Source: Anaeramoeba ignava BMAN (taxonomy: Eukaryota > Protista > Anaeramoebae). From it: a DNA stretch of 64,000 nt. This document shows, in pieces, positions 50,787 through 63,359 of this stretch. A program made the translations under genes and the position numbers. Numbering within the stretch: position 1 is the first letter of the stretch; every line of letters begins with the position of its first letter. The DNA lies in assembly GCA_028826165.1 (NCBI GenBank), contig JAPDFW010000075.1, forward strand, positions 1 to 64,000, given 5' to 3'. The notes under the pieces were generated by a model. That model was not told the origin of the DNA. It did not search any database and worked only from the letters and a program-made list of their open reading frames with translations.

Positions 50787-51080
50787 AAAAATTTTTATCC
50801 GATTTAATAATTTTGAAAAATTAAATTATAAATTAAATATTATAAAATAATTTAATTAAAAATAATTAATTTAAATAATAGAATAAATTAAAAATAATTT
50901 AATTAAAAATAATCTAATTTAATAATTAATTATTTTATTATTTAATTTAAAAATATTAATAAAAAAATTTTTATCCGATTTAATAATTTTGAAAAATTAA
51001 ATTATAAATTAAATATTATAATATAATTTAATTAAAAATAATTAATTTAAATAATAGAATAAATTTAAAATAATTTAAAT
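50787..51080. repeat. Direct duplication of ~115 bp at a 176-bp period between convergent genes
   Basis: TTTTTATCCGATTTAATAATTTTGAAAAATT... at ~50792 and ~50968. Confidence 0.85.
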
Positions 51081-51107
51081 AATTTAAAATAAAAAAGAAA
51101 GAGAAAA

Positions 51108-54100
51108 TTAAAATTGACCTTCTTGATAAGCTTCAATTTGTAAAGATAATTCCCACATTTGATCTTCATTTAAAACAGGTTCTCTTTCAAAAAATTGTTT
51201 AATTTCACTTATTAACATAAAATTATATTCTTTTGATTGAAATTTTTTAATTTTCTTAATAACATCAAACATTCTTCTTCTTTTAGCCCAATTAATTAAA
51301 TTATTTTCAATTCGATTTGGAACTTCATCAATATTAGTTAAATCTGATAAATAAACTCCAAGATACGGAATTGTTGGTAATTCAGCTGAATCAACTAAAT
51401 TTCTCATTTCTTTAAATCCTCCTAATGCACTTGTTATTGAATTGAAATATTCATATCTTTCTCGAATCTTTTTTGGTATTTTCTTCCATGTTTTTGTTAA
51501 TCTTGAAATTGATGAATTTTGAATTCCTGCTACAAAACACATTACATCATTATAATTTCGAATCAAAAATAACTCTTCAATAATTTGAATCATTTTCTTC
51601 ATAATTTTTACTCTTTTATTCATTTTCTTTTCTTTTAAAATTTGACTAGAAACCCAATCAGAAATATAATTAAATCTTCTAATTAATGAAGTAATATTTG
51701 GACTAAGTTCTTTTTTATTTTTCTTTGTCCAAGAATGATTAAGTAATTCTTGTGTTTTAATTTTAGTGAATAAGTTATGTGTATGAAGTGTTATTTGTCT
51801 TGCAATTTCAATATCTTTAATTTTCATTAATTGAATTTTCATTGGATCAATATTTTTGGGTATTTGAGGTTTTGGTGCTAATTTAAATTCTTCATTACTC
51901 ATTCTTCTTCTTCTTATTATTTTATCATTATCATTATCATTATCATTATCATTATCATAAGTCATCCATACTGTTTTTTTTCTTGTTTTTTCTTTATGTT
52001 CTAATAAATCTTTAATTTTTCTTCCTTTCATTATAATTTTATCATTTTGATTTTTATCAACAATTTCATTTATAAAATGATTTATCATCGATTTAACTTC
52101 TTTTAAAACATGATAAGGATTCATTTCAATCTTATAACAAATTACTTCCATAACTTTTTCTTGAATAATATTTTCTTCATTTTCTTCTTTTAATTCTATT
52201 GGAATATTATATCTTTCAAATAATTTTTGAATAAATAAAACTTCATTTGTAATTGTTGGAAGAAGTTCTAAAAAAATATCAACAAATGTTGATGCAAATC
52301 CTTTTTTAGATGTTAAAAGTTCAATAGATTTATTTAAACTTGCTCCTCTAATTTTCTCAAATAAATATTTTCCTTTTGTTTCTGTTTCCCAAATGATATT
52401 TTCAATATTATTTCCAATTTCTTCCCAAAATCCTAATTCATCATTAACTTTTCAAAAACAAATAAATTTAATAAAATTAATAAATTTAATTATTAAATTT
52501 TTTTTTGGATTCTTTTTACTTTTTTCTTTCATTTTTGTTTCATTTGGATTATCATTTATTTCTATTCTTTTTTCATTCTTGTTTTTTAATTGATTTGGAT
52601 CTATAATTGATTTGTGAATTGGAAGTAATTTTAAAACAGTTCCTAATTTAACTCCTTGAATTGCAAGTGTTAATTCTTCATCTAATAAACTTAATTCAGT
52701 AATTTCTCCATATATTTTTTCATTTTCTTGATTTTTATTTTTTTCATTTTCTTGATTATCTTCTTCATAAATTACAAAATCTTCAATTTCAGAAATAAAA
52801 TCTTCACTTTTAAATTCATCATCTTCATCTTCAATTATTATTTCTTCTTCTTTTTTTTCTAATTCTTCTCGATAAAATAATGATATTCTTTTTATATGAT
52901 GAATACTTTTCTTAAAATGTATTAAATATAATGCATATTCTGTTTCTTTTTTGTATTTTAATTCATAATTTCTGCAAAATTCTTGAATAAGAGTTTTCAC
53001 TTTGATTGTAAAATCAACAATAATATTCACTTCTTTTTCTGATATTTTTTGATTTGTTTTTAAATCATAAGTTGGATAAATTATTGTTATTGGTGCTGGT
53101 TTAGGTTGTAAACTAATAAATAAATATCCATCAACCTATTTTTTAATTTTTTGATTTTTAATTTTTTAATTTTTAATTTAATTTTTTTAAATTTAAATTA
53201 CATAATATTGATAAATATAATCATATAAATATTGTTCATCATTTGTATCCATCCAAACTCCAAAATGTTTTTTAGATTTAATAGTTTGAAAATTAGTTTC
53301 TTTGTTTATTGGAATAAATGAATATTGATTTGGATCTTTTTCTAAATATTCATTAAAATTTTTTGAATTTGAAATTGAATTTAAATTTGGAATTGAAATT
53401 GAATTTGAATTTGAAATTAAACTTGATTTGGATAATGATAATGATGTTGATATTGATATAGATTTTGATATTGATATTTGTTTGGATAAATTAATTGGAT
53501 TTTCTAATTTTAATCCATAATCATCATAATTTGGGAATGATAATTCTTTGCAAGTATCTATTATTAAATCTTTTATTTTTTGATAAATTGAAACTGATTT
53601 CCATCTTGGTGTTAAATCATTTGGATTTTGTGGTAAAATTAAATCAATTTTGTTTTTGGGTTTTTTTCGAATTTCCAATAAATTTTCTTTATATTCTTTA
53701 ATATATTCTTCATTTTTTAAAAATTTATAATTATTTCCTTCTTTTTTCATTTTTTTTGGTTGATAAAATATTCCATATTCTTGATTTTTTATTAAATATT
53801 TTTCATTAAATTTTTCGATAACTTCTGAAACTTTTAAACTTTTTAAGCATTTAAATAGTTTACAAAAATTAGAGTTAACATTTAAAATATAAGTTTCTTG
53901 TTTTAAAATATTATTTTCTTTTTTCAAAATAATATTTTCTTTTCTTATTTCTTCTGGAAATTTTTTTAATTTTTCTTTGAATAAATTAATCAAATTTAAA
54001 ATTAATTCATCTTGAAAATTTGAATAAATAAAATTAAGAATATAAGAAAATAATTGAATTGTTTGAATATGAATTTTTCTTGAATAATCTAATTTATCTA

Positions 54101-54998
54101 TATTTTGTATTATAAATTCAAGATATTTATCATTTTCTTCTTTTATAATTTCCAAAAAAATCATATCATTTACACAAATTGGAATTATAAATTTGATTAA
54201 AACAAAAACAATTAATTTTTCATTTTCATTTTCAAATTCAAATTCGTTTTCAAATTCGTTTTCAATTTCATTTTCAATTTCAAATTCAATTTCATTTTGA
54301 TTTTCATTTAATTGAATTTTTTTTAATTTTTGAATTGGATCTTGAATAAATTGAATAAATCTATTTAAAATTATTTCTTTTTCTTTTTCTTTTTGAATTG
54401 AAATTTTTTCATTCATTTCTGAAAAAAATAAATTTTGAATTAAATTAAATCCTTTTGAAGAAATTAAATTGATAATTTTAAAAATAGAATTTGGACTAAA
54501 AAAGTTTTTAACAAATGAATTAATTTCAAATTCTTCATTTTCATTTTGATTTTCATTTTCGTTTTCATTTTGATTTTCATTTCTAAAAAAAAAATAATTA
54601 AAAAATAAATTAATTTTAAAATAAATTTAAAAAAAGAAAACTTACAAAAATGAAGTAAATAATTCATTCTTTTTAAATTTTAATTCAATTTCATTTTGAT
54701 TTTTAAATAATTCATTTATAATTTTTGAAATAATATTGTTATTATTTTCTTCTTTTGATTTTTTTAGAATTGATTTTTTTATAGAATTTAAAATTGGTTC
54801 TGAAAAAGTTCTAATTGAATTTTCTTGTAAATCTGTTTTTATAATTGTTTTCTATTTTATTTTTTAATTTTTTTGGTTTTTTTAATTGAAATTTATTATA
54901 AAAATAAAATAACAAACATTAATTGGTTCTGTATTATTGCTTTCATTACTTTCTTCATTTTCAATTTCATTATAATTAAAATTAAAATTATTTTTCAT
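51108..54998 (-). CDS. RasGEF (REM + CDC25) with N-terminal ubiquitin-like/FERM-F0-type modules; about 3 introns and a frameshift near 52480
   Basis: EIARQITL, FNYISDWV, IPYLGVYLSDLT and INWAKRR. REM-like IRGASLNKSIELLT near 52330. Upstream exons are joined by GT-AG introns. Confidence 0.85.
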
Positions 54999-55233
54999 TA
55001 TAGATCTTTTAAATAAAAAAAAAAGGGATAAAAAAATAAAAATAAAAAAGAAAAAAAAAATGAAAAAATTTTAATTTAAATTTTTTTTCCCTTTTTTATT
55101 TTAATTAAAATTTAATTAGGAAAAAAAAATTTTTAATCAATTTCTAATTTTAATTTTAATTTAATTTCTATTTAAAAATATATATTTTTTTAATGATAGT
55201 TTTTTTTTAAAATAAAAATTTAATTCACAATTT

Positions 55234-56335
55234 TTTATTCCAATTTTTATTCCACTTTTTTCAATCAATTTTTATTTTAATTTTTAAATAAATTTGTAAA
55301 TAATTTTTAAATAAATTTGTAAAAACAAATTATAAATTTATTTATAAAATTTGTAAATAATTTTATAAAATAAATTTATAAATAAATTTGTAAAAATAAA
55401 AATTTTGTAAATAATTTTATAAATAAATTTATAAATAAATTTTTAAATAAATTTGTAAATAAATTTATAAATAAATTTTATAAATAAATTTTGTAAATAA
55501 ATTTGTAAAATTATAAATAAATTTTTTTAAATAAATTTTTAAATAAATTTGTAAATAAATTTATAAATAATTTTATAAATAAATTTATAAATAAATTTGT
55601 AAATAATTTTATAAATAATTTTATAAATAAATTTATAAATTTGTAAATAATTTTATAAATAATTTTATAAATAAATTTGTAAATAAATTTTATAAATAAA
55701 TTTATAAATAAATTTGTAAATAAATTTATAAATAATTTTGTAAAATAAATTTATAAATAAATTTATAAATAAATTTTGTAAATAAATTTTAAATAAATTT
55801 ATAAATAAATTTGTAAATAAATTGTAAATAAATTTATAAATAAATTTATAAATAAATTTATAAATAAATTTGTAAATAATTTTATAAATAAATTTATAAA
55901 TAAATTTAATTTTGTAAATAATTTTGTAAATAATTTTTATAAATAAATTTATAAATAAATTTATAAATAAATTTATAAATAAATTTTTAAATAAATTTGT
56001 AAATAAATTTATAAATAAATTTTGTAAATAAATTTTGTAAATAAATTTGTAAATAAATTTATAAATAAATAAATAAATTTTGTAAATAAATTTGTAAATA
56101 ATTTTATAAATAATTTTATAAATAAATTTGTAAATAAATTTGTAAATAAATTTATTCCAATTTTTATTCCACTTTTTTCAATTAATTTTTATTTCAATTT
56201 TTTAAAATAATTTTGTAAATAATTTTGTAAATAAATTTATAAATAAATTTGTAAATAATTTTATAAATAAATTTGTAAATAAATTTGTAAATAAATTTAT
56301 AAATAATTTTGTAAATAAATTTATAAATAAATTTT
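55234..56335. repeat. 12-bp satellite (AAATAAATTTAT/AAATAAATTTGT) with a duplicated TTCCAATTTTTATTCCAC header
   Basis: Directly visible; the header occurs at ~55238 and ~56155. Confidence 0.92.
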
Positions 56336-56381
56336 CATTTTTCATTTTTCATTTTTTTTCTTTTCCAATTTTTTATATAAA

Positions 56382-57809
56382 ATGGAAACTTATTCAAATT
56401 TAGAAAAACTTTCAAATGATTTAAAAAATTTATTTCAAAATCAAAATAAAAATGAAAAAGAAGAAGAAAGTTATTTTGATTTTGAAATAATTTGTGAACA
56501 AAATAAAACTTCATTTAAAACTCATAAATCAATTCTTTCATCAAGAAGTTATTATTTTAAATCTCTTTTTAAATCTAAAATGAAAGAATATCAAGAAAAT
56601 AAATTAATTCTAAAAGATGTTTCAAGTTCAATTCTATTTCCAATTTTGAATTATTTTTATTCAGGAAAAATTGAAATTAATTTAGAAAATGCAATAGAAA
56701 TTTTAATTTTTTCATCAAAATATTTAATTGATGAATTAATTGAAATTTCTTCAAATTTTATCAAAAAAAATTTCCAATTTGAAACTATTGTTGATATTCT
56801 TAAATTATCTGAATCAATGAACTTAAATAAATTATTGGATTTTGCTTATAAATTTATTTTAGAAAATTTTGAAAAATTTATTAAAACTTCATTTTTTCTT
56901 GAACTTGAAGAAAATCATTTAAATTCAATATTATTAAATGATTTTATTCCAACAAATGAAATTGAAATTTTTCAATCAATAATCAAATGGGGAAAACATA
57001 AATCAAATATTAATCAAGAAAATCAAGAACTTGAAAAAGAAGAAAAAGAAAAATTACAAAATCAAATTTCCAATCTTATTGAAAAAATAAGATTTATTGA
57101 TTTCTCAAAAAAAGAACTTGAAAATACTTTGAAAGAAGATTTAATTCCAAATCAAATTTCACAAAAATTAATTCAATTCCAAAAACTTCAAGAAGAAAAT
57201 GAAAAAGAATTAAAAGAATTTATTGAAAAAGAAAATCAAAATTCATTCATTTTCAAAACAAGATTTCATTTTAAATCAACAATCATTGAAGAAGGAAAAC
57301 ATTTCAATCTTATAAAAGGATGGATAAACGATGATAATTTCTTTTTCAAAATGAAATTAAGATTTTCAACAAAAAAAGAAGAATTTGATTGTAAAAAATG
57401 GCATTCCAAATGTGATGATAAAGGAAAAACATTAATTATTATCAAAACCAAAGATAATTATATTTTTGGAGGATTTACTTCAATTGGATTTAAAAAAGAT
57501 AAAAGATGGATTTATGATTCAAATTCATTTATTTTTTCATTAAGAAATGATAAAAACGATAGAAAACCAGAAAAACTTTCAATTAAAAAAGGTCAAGAAT
57601 CAAATGCAATTTATTCACATTCAGATTATGGTTTATTATTTGGAAATGATATTTATTTACTTTCTAATTTACAACCTGGTTATTCAAATACTGGTGTTTA
57701 TTATAATATTCCTAATGAAATTACTCCCAGATCAAATGAAGCTAAAAATTATTTAACTGGTTCTTATAATTCATGGGTTGTTGATGAACTTGAAACTTAT
57801 TTCATTTAA
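56382..57809 (+). CDS. BTB-BACK-TLDc protein
   Basis: FKTHKSILSSRSYYFKSLF; EIEIFQSIIKW; WHSKCDDKGKTLIIIKT...FGGFT; VDELETY. Confidence 0.92.
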   Translation: METYSNLEKLSNDLKNLFQNQNKNEKEEESYFDFEIICEQNKTSFKTHKSILSSRSYYFKSLFKSKMKEYQENKLILKDVSSSILFPILNYFYSGKIEINLENAIEILIFSSKYLIDELIEISSNFIKKNFQFETIVDILKLSESMNLNKLLDFAYKFILENFEKFIKTSFFLELEENHLNSILLNDFIPTNEIEIFQSIIKWGKHKSNINQENQELEKEEKEKLQNQISNLIEKIRFIDFSKKELENTLKEDLIPNQISQKLIQFQKLQEENEKELKEFIEKENQNSFIFKTRFHFKSTIIEEGKHFNLIKGWINDDNFFFKMKLRFSTKKEEFDCKKWHSKCDDKGKTLIIIKTKDNYIFGGFTSIGFKKDKRWIYDSNSFIFSLRNDKNDRKPEKLSIKKGQESNAIYSHSDYGLLFGNDIYLLSNLQPGYSNTGVYYNIPNEITPRSNEAKNYLTGSYNSWVVDELETYFI

Positions 57810-57823
57810 AAAATTAATTTAAT

Positions 57824-60800
57824 TTAAAAATATTTATTTTCTAATAATGAATCAAAAAAATTAATATATGAATTTGTTTTTTCTGTTCTATCTTCAATCA
57901 TTAATTTTAAAAATAATTTTTCATTTTTTGAATTTCTTGGAATTATTGAGAAATTTAAATTTCTTGAATTTTCTTTATTAATTTCTTGAATTAAATTTTG
58001 GATTGTTTTTGAAATATTCCATTCATTTTCATTTTCATTTTCCTTTTTATTTTTTTTTATAAAATTAAAAATTTAAAAATTAAAAATTTAAAATAATTTG
58101 ATTTTTTGATTTTACAATTAATTGATTTTTTGATGAAATATTTAAATGTTCTTTTAAAAAATCATTTGAAATTTCTTTTCCAATCCATAAAATAGTATTT
58201 AATCCATTATCAATTAAAAATGCTTCTTTAAGTTTTAAACTTCCACTTGAAAGTCTTAAATTATTTAATATCATTAATTGATTTTCATTTTGATTTTCAT
58301 TTTGATTTTGATTTTGATTTTGATTTTGATTTTGATTTTGATTTTGATTTTGATTTTGATTTTGAAATTCAATTAATATTGGATAAAGAAATTTTAAAAT
58401 TAAATAAATTGGTGAAGTTTTAATATAAAGAATAATTGAAATTATTTTATCTTCTGTTTCTTCTCTTTTGTTTTTTAAATAAATAAATTAATAAATTAAT
58501 TAACAAATAAATAAATAAATTAAATAAATTAAAATTGATACAAATCTAAAAGTTGATTTTTTAATAATCCAAAACAATAAATTGGTAAATATTTTAATTT
58601 TTTTGGAAGTTTGAAATTTTTGATTTGTTTTTCTTTTTCTTTTTCTTTTTCTTTTCGATCTAAACAAAATTGTTGATAAAATCCAATTATTTTTTCACAT
58701 TTTTTAATTATTCTTTTTTTGATTTCTTCAATTTTATAATTTTTGATTTCTTTTGCTGTATTTTTTGATAAAATACTAATAATAACTTCTTGATTTGCTT
58801 TTTCAAATATTTCTTTTAAATTTGATGAAGTTTTCAATTCAAGATTAAATATTCTTATTCTTCTTTTTCTTTTTTCATTATTTTGTTTATTATTTGAATA
58901 AATCATTGCAAATTGAATATAAATATTTGTTTGATTTTTTAATCGAGAATCATGTTCTAAAAGAAATGTTATTGATTGATCACAATCTATTGTTGGTAAA
59001 AATATTTCTGAATTTTGATTCATAATAACTTCATCCATTCCATATAAAACATTTGATATTTTGATTCCTTTATTTGTTTGTTTATTTTAATAAATAAAAT
59101 ATTAAATAATTATTTTAATAAATAATAAAAATACCTTGACTTGTTCTAAGTCTCATAATTACAAAAAATCCTTCTTCTTTATTGATTAATTTTTTAATTT
59201 CATTTTCAATTCTTTCTTTTTCTTTTTCATTTTCTTTTTGAAAATTTTTGATTCCATTATAAAAATCATAATAATAAACATTTCCTCCACTTATTTCATT
59301 CATTTTTACTTTTGTTTTTTAATAATAAAATAAATAAAATAAAATATTTATTAAATTGAATTATTTTTGAAAATAAATACTTAAAGTTGAAAGATTAATA
59401 TTATTTTCTCTAAATATAAATGAATCAATTCTTATTTTATTTTCAAAACAAAATTTTCCAATTTTTTGATAATGTTGATTTTCAATTTCAAAATTAAATT
59501 TTTCTTTTTCTTTTTGATTGGAATTTGAATTTGAATTTAAATCAAATTTTCCTTTTCCATAATTTGGTAATGTTGAATTAAATGTGATAATTTTTCCTCC
59601 ACTTTTTTGCTTTTTTTTTATTTAATTTTTTTATTTTAATTTTTTAAAATAATTTTAAAAATGAAAATAATTTACAAGAATTAAACTTCCTAATTCAATA
59701 GCAACTCCAAATGAAGAATGATTTGATTTATCATAATCATCAATAAAATTATTATCATTTTCATTTTCATTTAAAGAAGAAGATATAATTATATTTAAAT
59801 ATTCTTTTAATTTATTTTTATTATCTTCATTTTCATAAATATCAATAAATATTGATGATTCTGGAATTGGAATAAAAATATCATCAATATCTGTAATAAT
59901 TTCACTTTCAAATCTTGAATTTTGATTGAAATTATAAATTTGAATTGATTTATTAAATGTAATTATTCCAATTTTACATTTTGGTTTTTTTGGAAACAGA
60001 TCATTTTGATTTTGATTAAATTGATTTTGATTAAATTGATTTTGATTTTGATTAAATTGATTTTGATTTTGATTTTGATTTTGATTTTGATTTTCAATAA
60101 TTTTTAAAATAGATGAAATAATTAAATTGAAAATATTTGATTCAATCATTTTTTGAGTTTTTTCAATAATAAATAAATATTTTAATTCATTTATATTTTG
60201 ATTTGAATTAATAATAATTTCAATTAATTGATTTGAAGTTATTTGATGAATATTTTGATTTAAAATTGAAAAATAATAAGAAGGTATTGAATTTAATGTT
60301 TTGCATAAAGAACATTCCCAATTATTTTCAAATTCATTAATTTTTGAAAATGGTGATAAATATCCTCCACATCTTCTACAAATTATTGGTTCATTTTCAA
60401 AAAAATCAATAACTGGAATTTTATTTTGATTAAATTGATTTTGATTAAATTGATTTTGATTTTGATTTTGATTTTGATTTTGATTTTGATTTTGATTTTG
60501 ATTTTGATTTTGATTTTGATTTTGATTTTGATTTTGATTTTGATTTTGATTTTGATTTTGATTTTGATTTTCAATTTGATTTTGATTAAATTGTGCAAAA
60601 GGTTGAATAGATATTCCAAATGGAAGATGAGTTGAATTAAGAAGTTCTTTTGATATTGGAATTAAATTTAATGAAGAAGAAATAAATTTTTCATTTTGAT
60701 TTTGATTTTGATTAAATTGATTTTTTTGCAATTTTGGAAAAGGATATTTTGTTTTAATTTTTGATTTTGATTTTTTATTATTTTTATAATGATAATTTTT

Positions 60801-60845
60801 ATTATAATTTAAATAATTTTCAATTTCATAATCAAATCCAATCAT
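57824..60845 (-). CDS. SEC24: Sec24-like COPII coat subunit; about 5 introns
   Basis: LPFGISIQPF; Zn finger CRRCGGYLSPF...WECSLC; GGKI...STLPNYGKG; MRLRTSQG; IQFAMIY...RRIRI; LKYLPIY; MIEDRT. Confidence 0.88.
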
Positions 60846-60980
60846 TTTTATTATTTATTTATAAATTAAATTATAAAAAAATTTATGTGTTTTGCTTTTT
60901 TTTTTTCAAAATTATTTATTTTTAAAAAATGAAAAATGAAAAATGAAAAAAAAATGATTTCAAATTTTTAATTTTGTAAA

Positions 60981-63071
60981 TTATTTTTGTTGTTCTTTTT
61001 GTTGTTTTTCAATTTCATCAATTAATTTTTCTAAATCATCAATTCTACTTGTCATTGAATCAACTTTTTTTTTGTTTAAATTTATAAATAAAGTTATAAA
61101 TAAAGTTATAAATAAATTTATAAATAAAGTTATAAATAAATTTATAAATAAAGTTATAAATAAAGTTATAAATAAATTTATAAATAAATTTATAAATAAA
61201 TTTGTAAATAAATTTATAAATAAATATAAAGTAATTTATAAATAAAGTTATAAAAATAAAAATAAAATTATAAATAAATTTATAAATAAAGTTATAAATA
61301 AAGTTGTAAATAAATTTATAAATAAAGTTGTAAATAAAGTTATAAATAAAGTTATAAATAAAGTTATAAATAAATTTATAAATAAAGTTATAAATAAAGT
61401 TATAAATAAAGTTATAAATAAAGTTATAAATAAAGTTATAAATAAAGTTATAAATAAAGTTGTAAATAAAGTTATAAAATAAAGTTATAAATAAAGTTAT
61501 AAATAAAGTTATAAATAAATTTATAAATAAAATTATAAATAAAGTTATAAATAAAGTTATAAATAAAGTTATAAATAAAGTTATAAATAAAGTTATAAAT
61601 TTAAAGTTATAAATAAAGTTGTAAATAAAGTTATAAATAAATTTATAAATAAAGTTATAAATAAAGTTTAAATAAAGTTATAAATAAAGTTATAAATAAA
61701 TTTATAAATAAAGTTATAAATAAAGTTATAAATAAATTTATAAATAAAGTTATAAATAAAGTTATAAAAAAGTAAGTTATAAATAAAGTTATAAATAAAG
61801 TTATAAATAAATTTATAAATAAATTTATAAATAAAGTTATAAATAAAGTGATAAATAAATTTATAAATAAAGTTATAAATAAAGTTGTAAATAAAGTTAT
61901 AAATAAATTTATAAATAAAGTTATAAATAAAGTTATAAATAAAGTTATAAATAAAGTTATAAATAAAATTATAAATAAAGTTATAAATAAAGTTATAAAT
62001 AAGTTTATAAATAAATTTATAAATAAATTTATAAATAAAGTTATAAATAAAGTTATAAATAAAGTTATAAATAAATTTATAAATAAAGTTATAAATAAAG
62101 TTATAAATAAAGTTATAAATAAAGTTATAAATAAAGTTATTAAATAAATTTATAAATAAAGTTATAAATAAAGTTATAAATAAAGTTATAAATAAAGTTA
62201 TAAATAAAGTTATAAATAAAAGTTATAAATAAATTTATAAATAAAGTTATAAATAAAGTTATAAATAAATTTATAAATAAATTTATAAATAAAAGTTATA
62301 AATAAATTTATATAAATAAAGTTATAAATAAAGTTATAAATAAAGTTATAAATAAAGTTATAAATAAAGTTATAAATAAAGTTATAAATAAAGTTATAAA
62401 TAAAGTTATAAATAAAGTTATAAATAAAGTTATAAAATTATAAATAAATTTATAAATAAAGTTATAAATAAAAATAAATTTATAAATAAAGTTATAAATA
62501 AAGTTATAAATAAAGTTATATAAATAAAGTTATAAATAAAGTTATAAATAAAGTTATAAATAAAGTTATAAATAAATTTATAAATAAAGTTATAAATAAA
62601 TTTATAAATAAAGTTGTAAATAAATTTGTAAATAAAGTTATAAATAAAGTTATAAATAAAATTTATAAATAAATTTATAAATAAAGTTATAAATAAAGTT
62701 ATAAATAAAGTTATAAATAAAATTTATAAATAAAAGTTATAAATAAAGTTATAAATAAAGTTGTAAATAAAGTTATAAATAAAGTGAAATAAGTTTTTGT
62801 AAAAATAAAGAAATAAAAAGAAATAAAATAAAGATTAGTTAATAAAATTATTAAAATAAAATAAAATAAAATTAAAAAGAAAAGGAAATAAATTAATTAA
62901 TTACTTTTTGTAAAAATTTGTTCAGATGTTTGTTCAAATTTAGTTTGAAGACTATCAACCATATTTTTAATAAGTAATCAACATCTTCAAAAGTTTTGAT
63001 TTTGTTGTTGATTTTGTTGTTGTTGATTTTGTTGTTGTTGATTTTGTTGTTGATTTTTGTTTTGGATCCAT
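60981..63071 (-). CDS. HSBP1: Heat shock factor binding protein 1 homologue; intron 61064-62904; indels in exon 1
   Basis: The spliced product NMVDSLQTKFEQTSEQIFTKIDSMTSRIDDLEKLIDE matches the HSBP1 consensus QxKFxxMSxQIxxRIDxMxxRIDDLE. Confidence 0.82.
61080..62790. repeat. 12-bp satellite (AAATAAAGTTAT/AAATAAATTTAT), ~1.7 kb, within the HSBP1 intron
   Basis: Directly visible. Confidence 0.95.
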
Positions 63072-63219
63072 TTTTAAAAAAGAAAAAAATGAAAAAAAAT
63101 TCGTTAAAAATAAAAAAAATTTCGTTAAAAATAATTAAAATTTAAAATTAAAAATTTCATTTTTTCCTTTTAAATTTATTTTAAATTTATTTTTATTTTA
63201 AAAATTTAATAAAAATAAA

Positions 63220-63347
63220 ATGAATAAAGAAGAAAATCAAGAAAAGAAAAATGAAGAAGAAATTATTTTTGAAGAATTTATTCAAAAACAAAAGAATTTA
63301 TAAATTTTTCAAAAATAAAACAAAAAGAAAAGAAAAAGAAAATTAAA
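63220..63347 (+). CDS. Probable first exon of an unidentified gene, followed by an AT-repeat-filled intron running off the window
   Basis: AAAATG start and codon-like MNKEENQEKKNEEEIIFEEFIQKQK, then GTAAAA at 63348. The frame is broken near 63300. Confidence 0.35.
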
Positions 63348-63359
63348 GTAAAAACCAAT

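Noticed and set aside
61848-62147. (INKV)n ORF
   Set aside because: 12-bp satellite in the HSBP1 intron.
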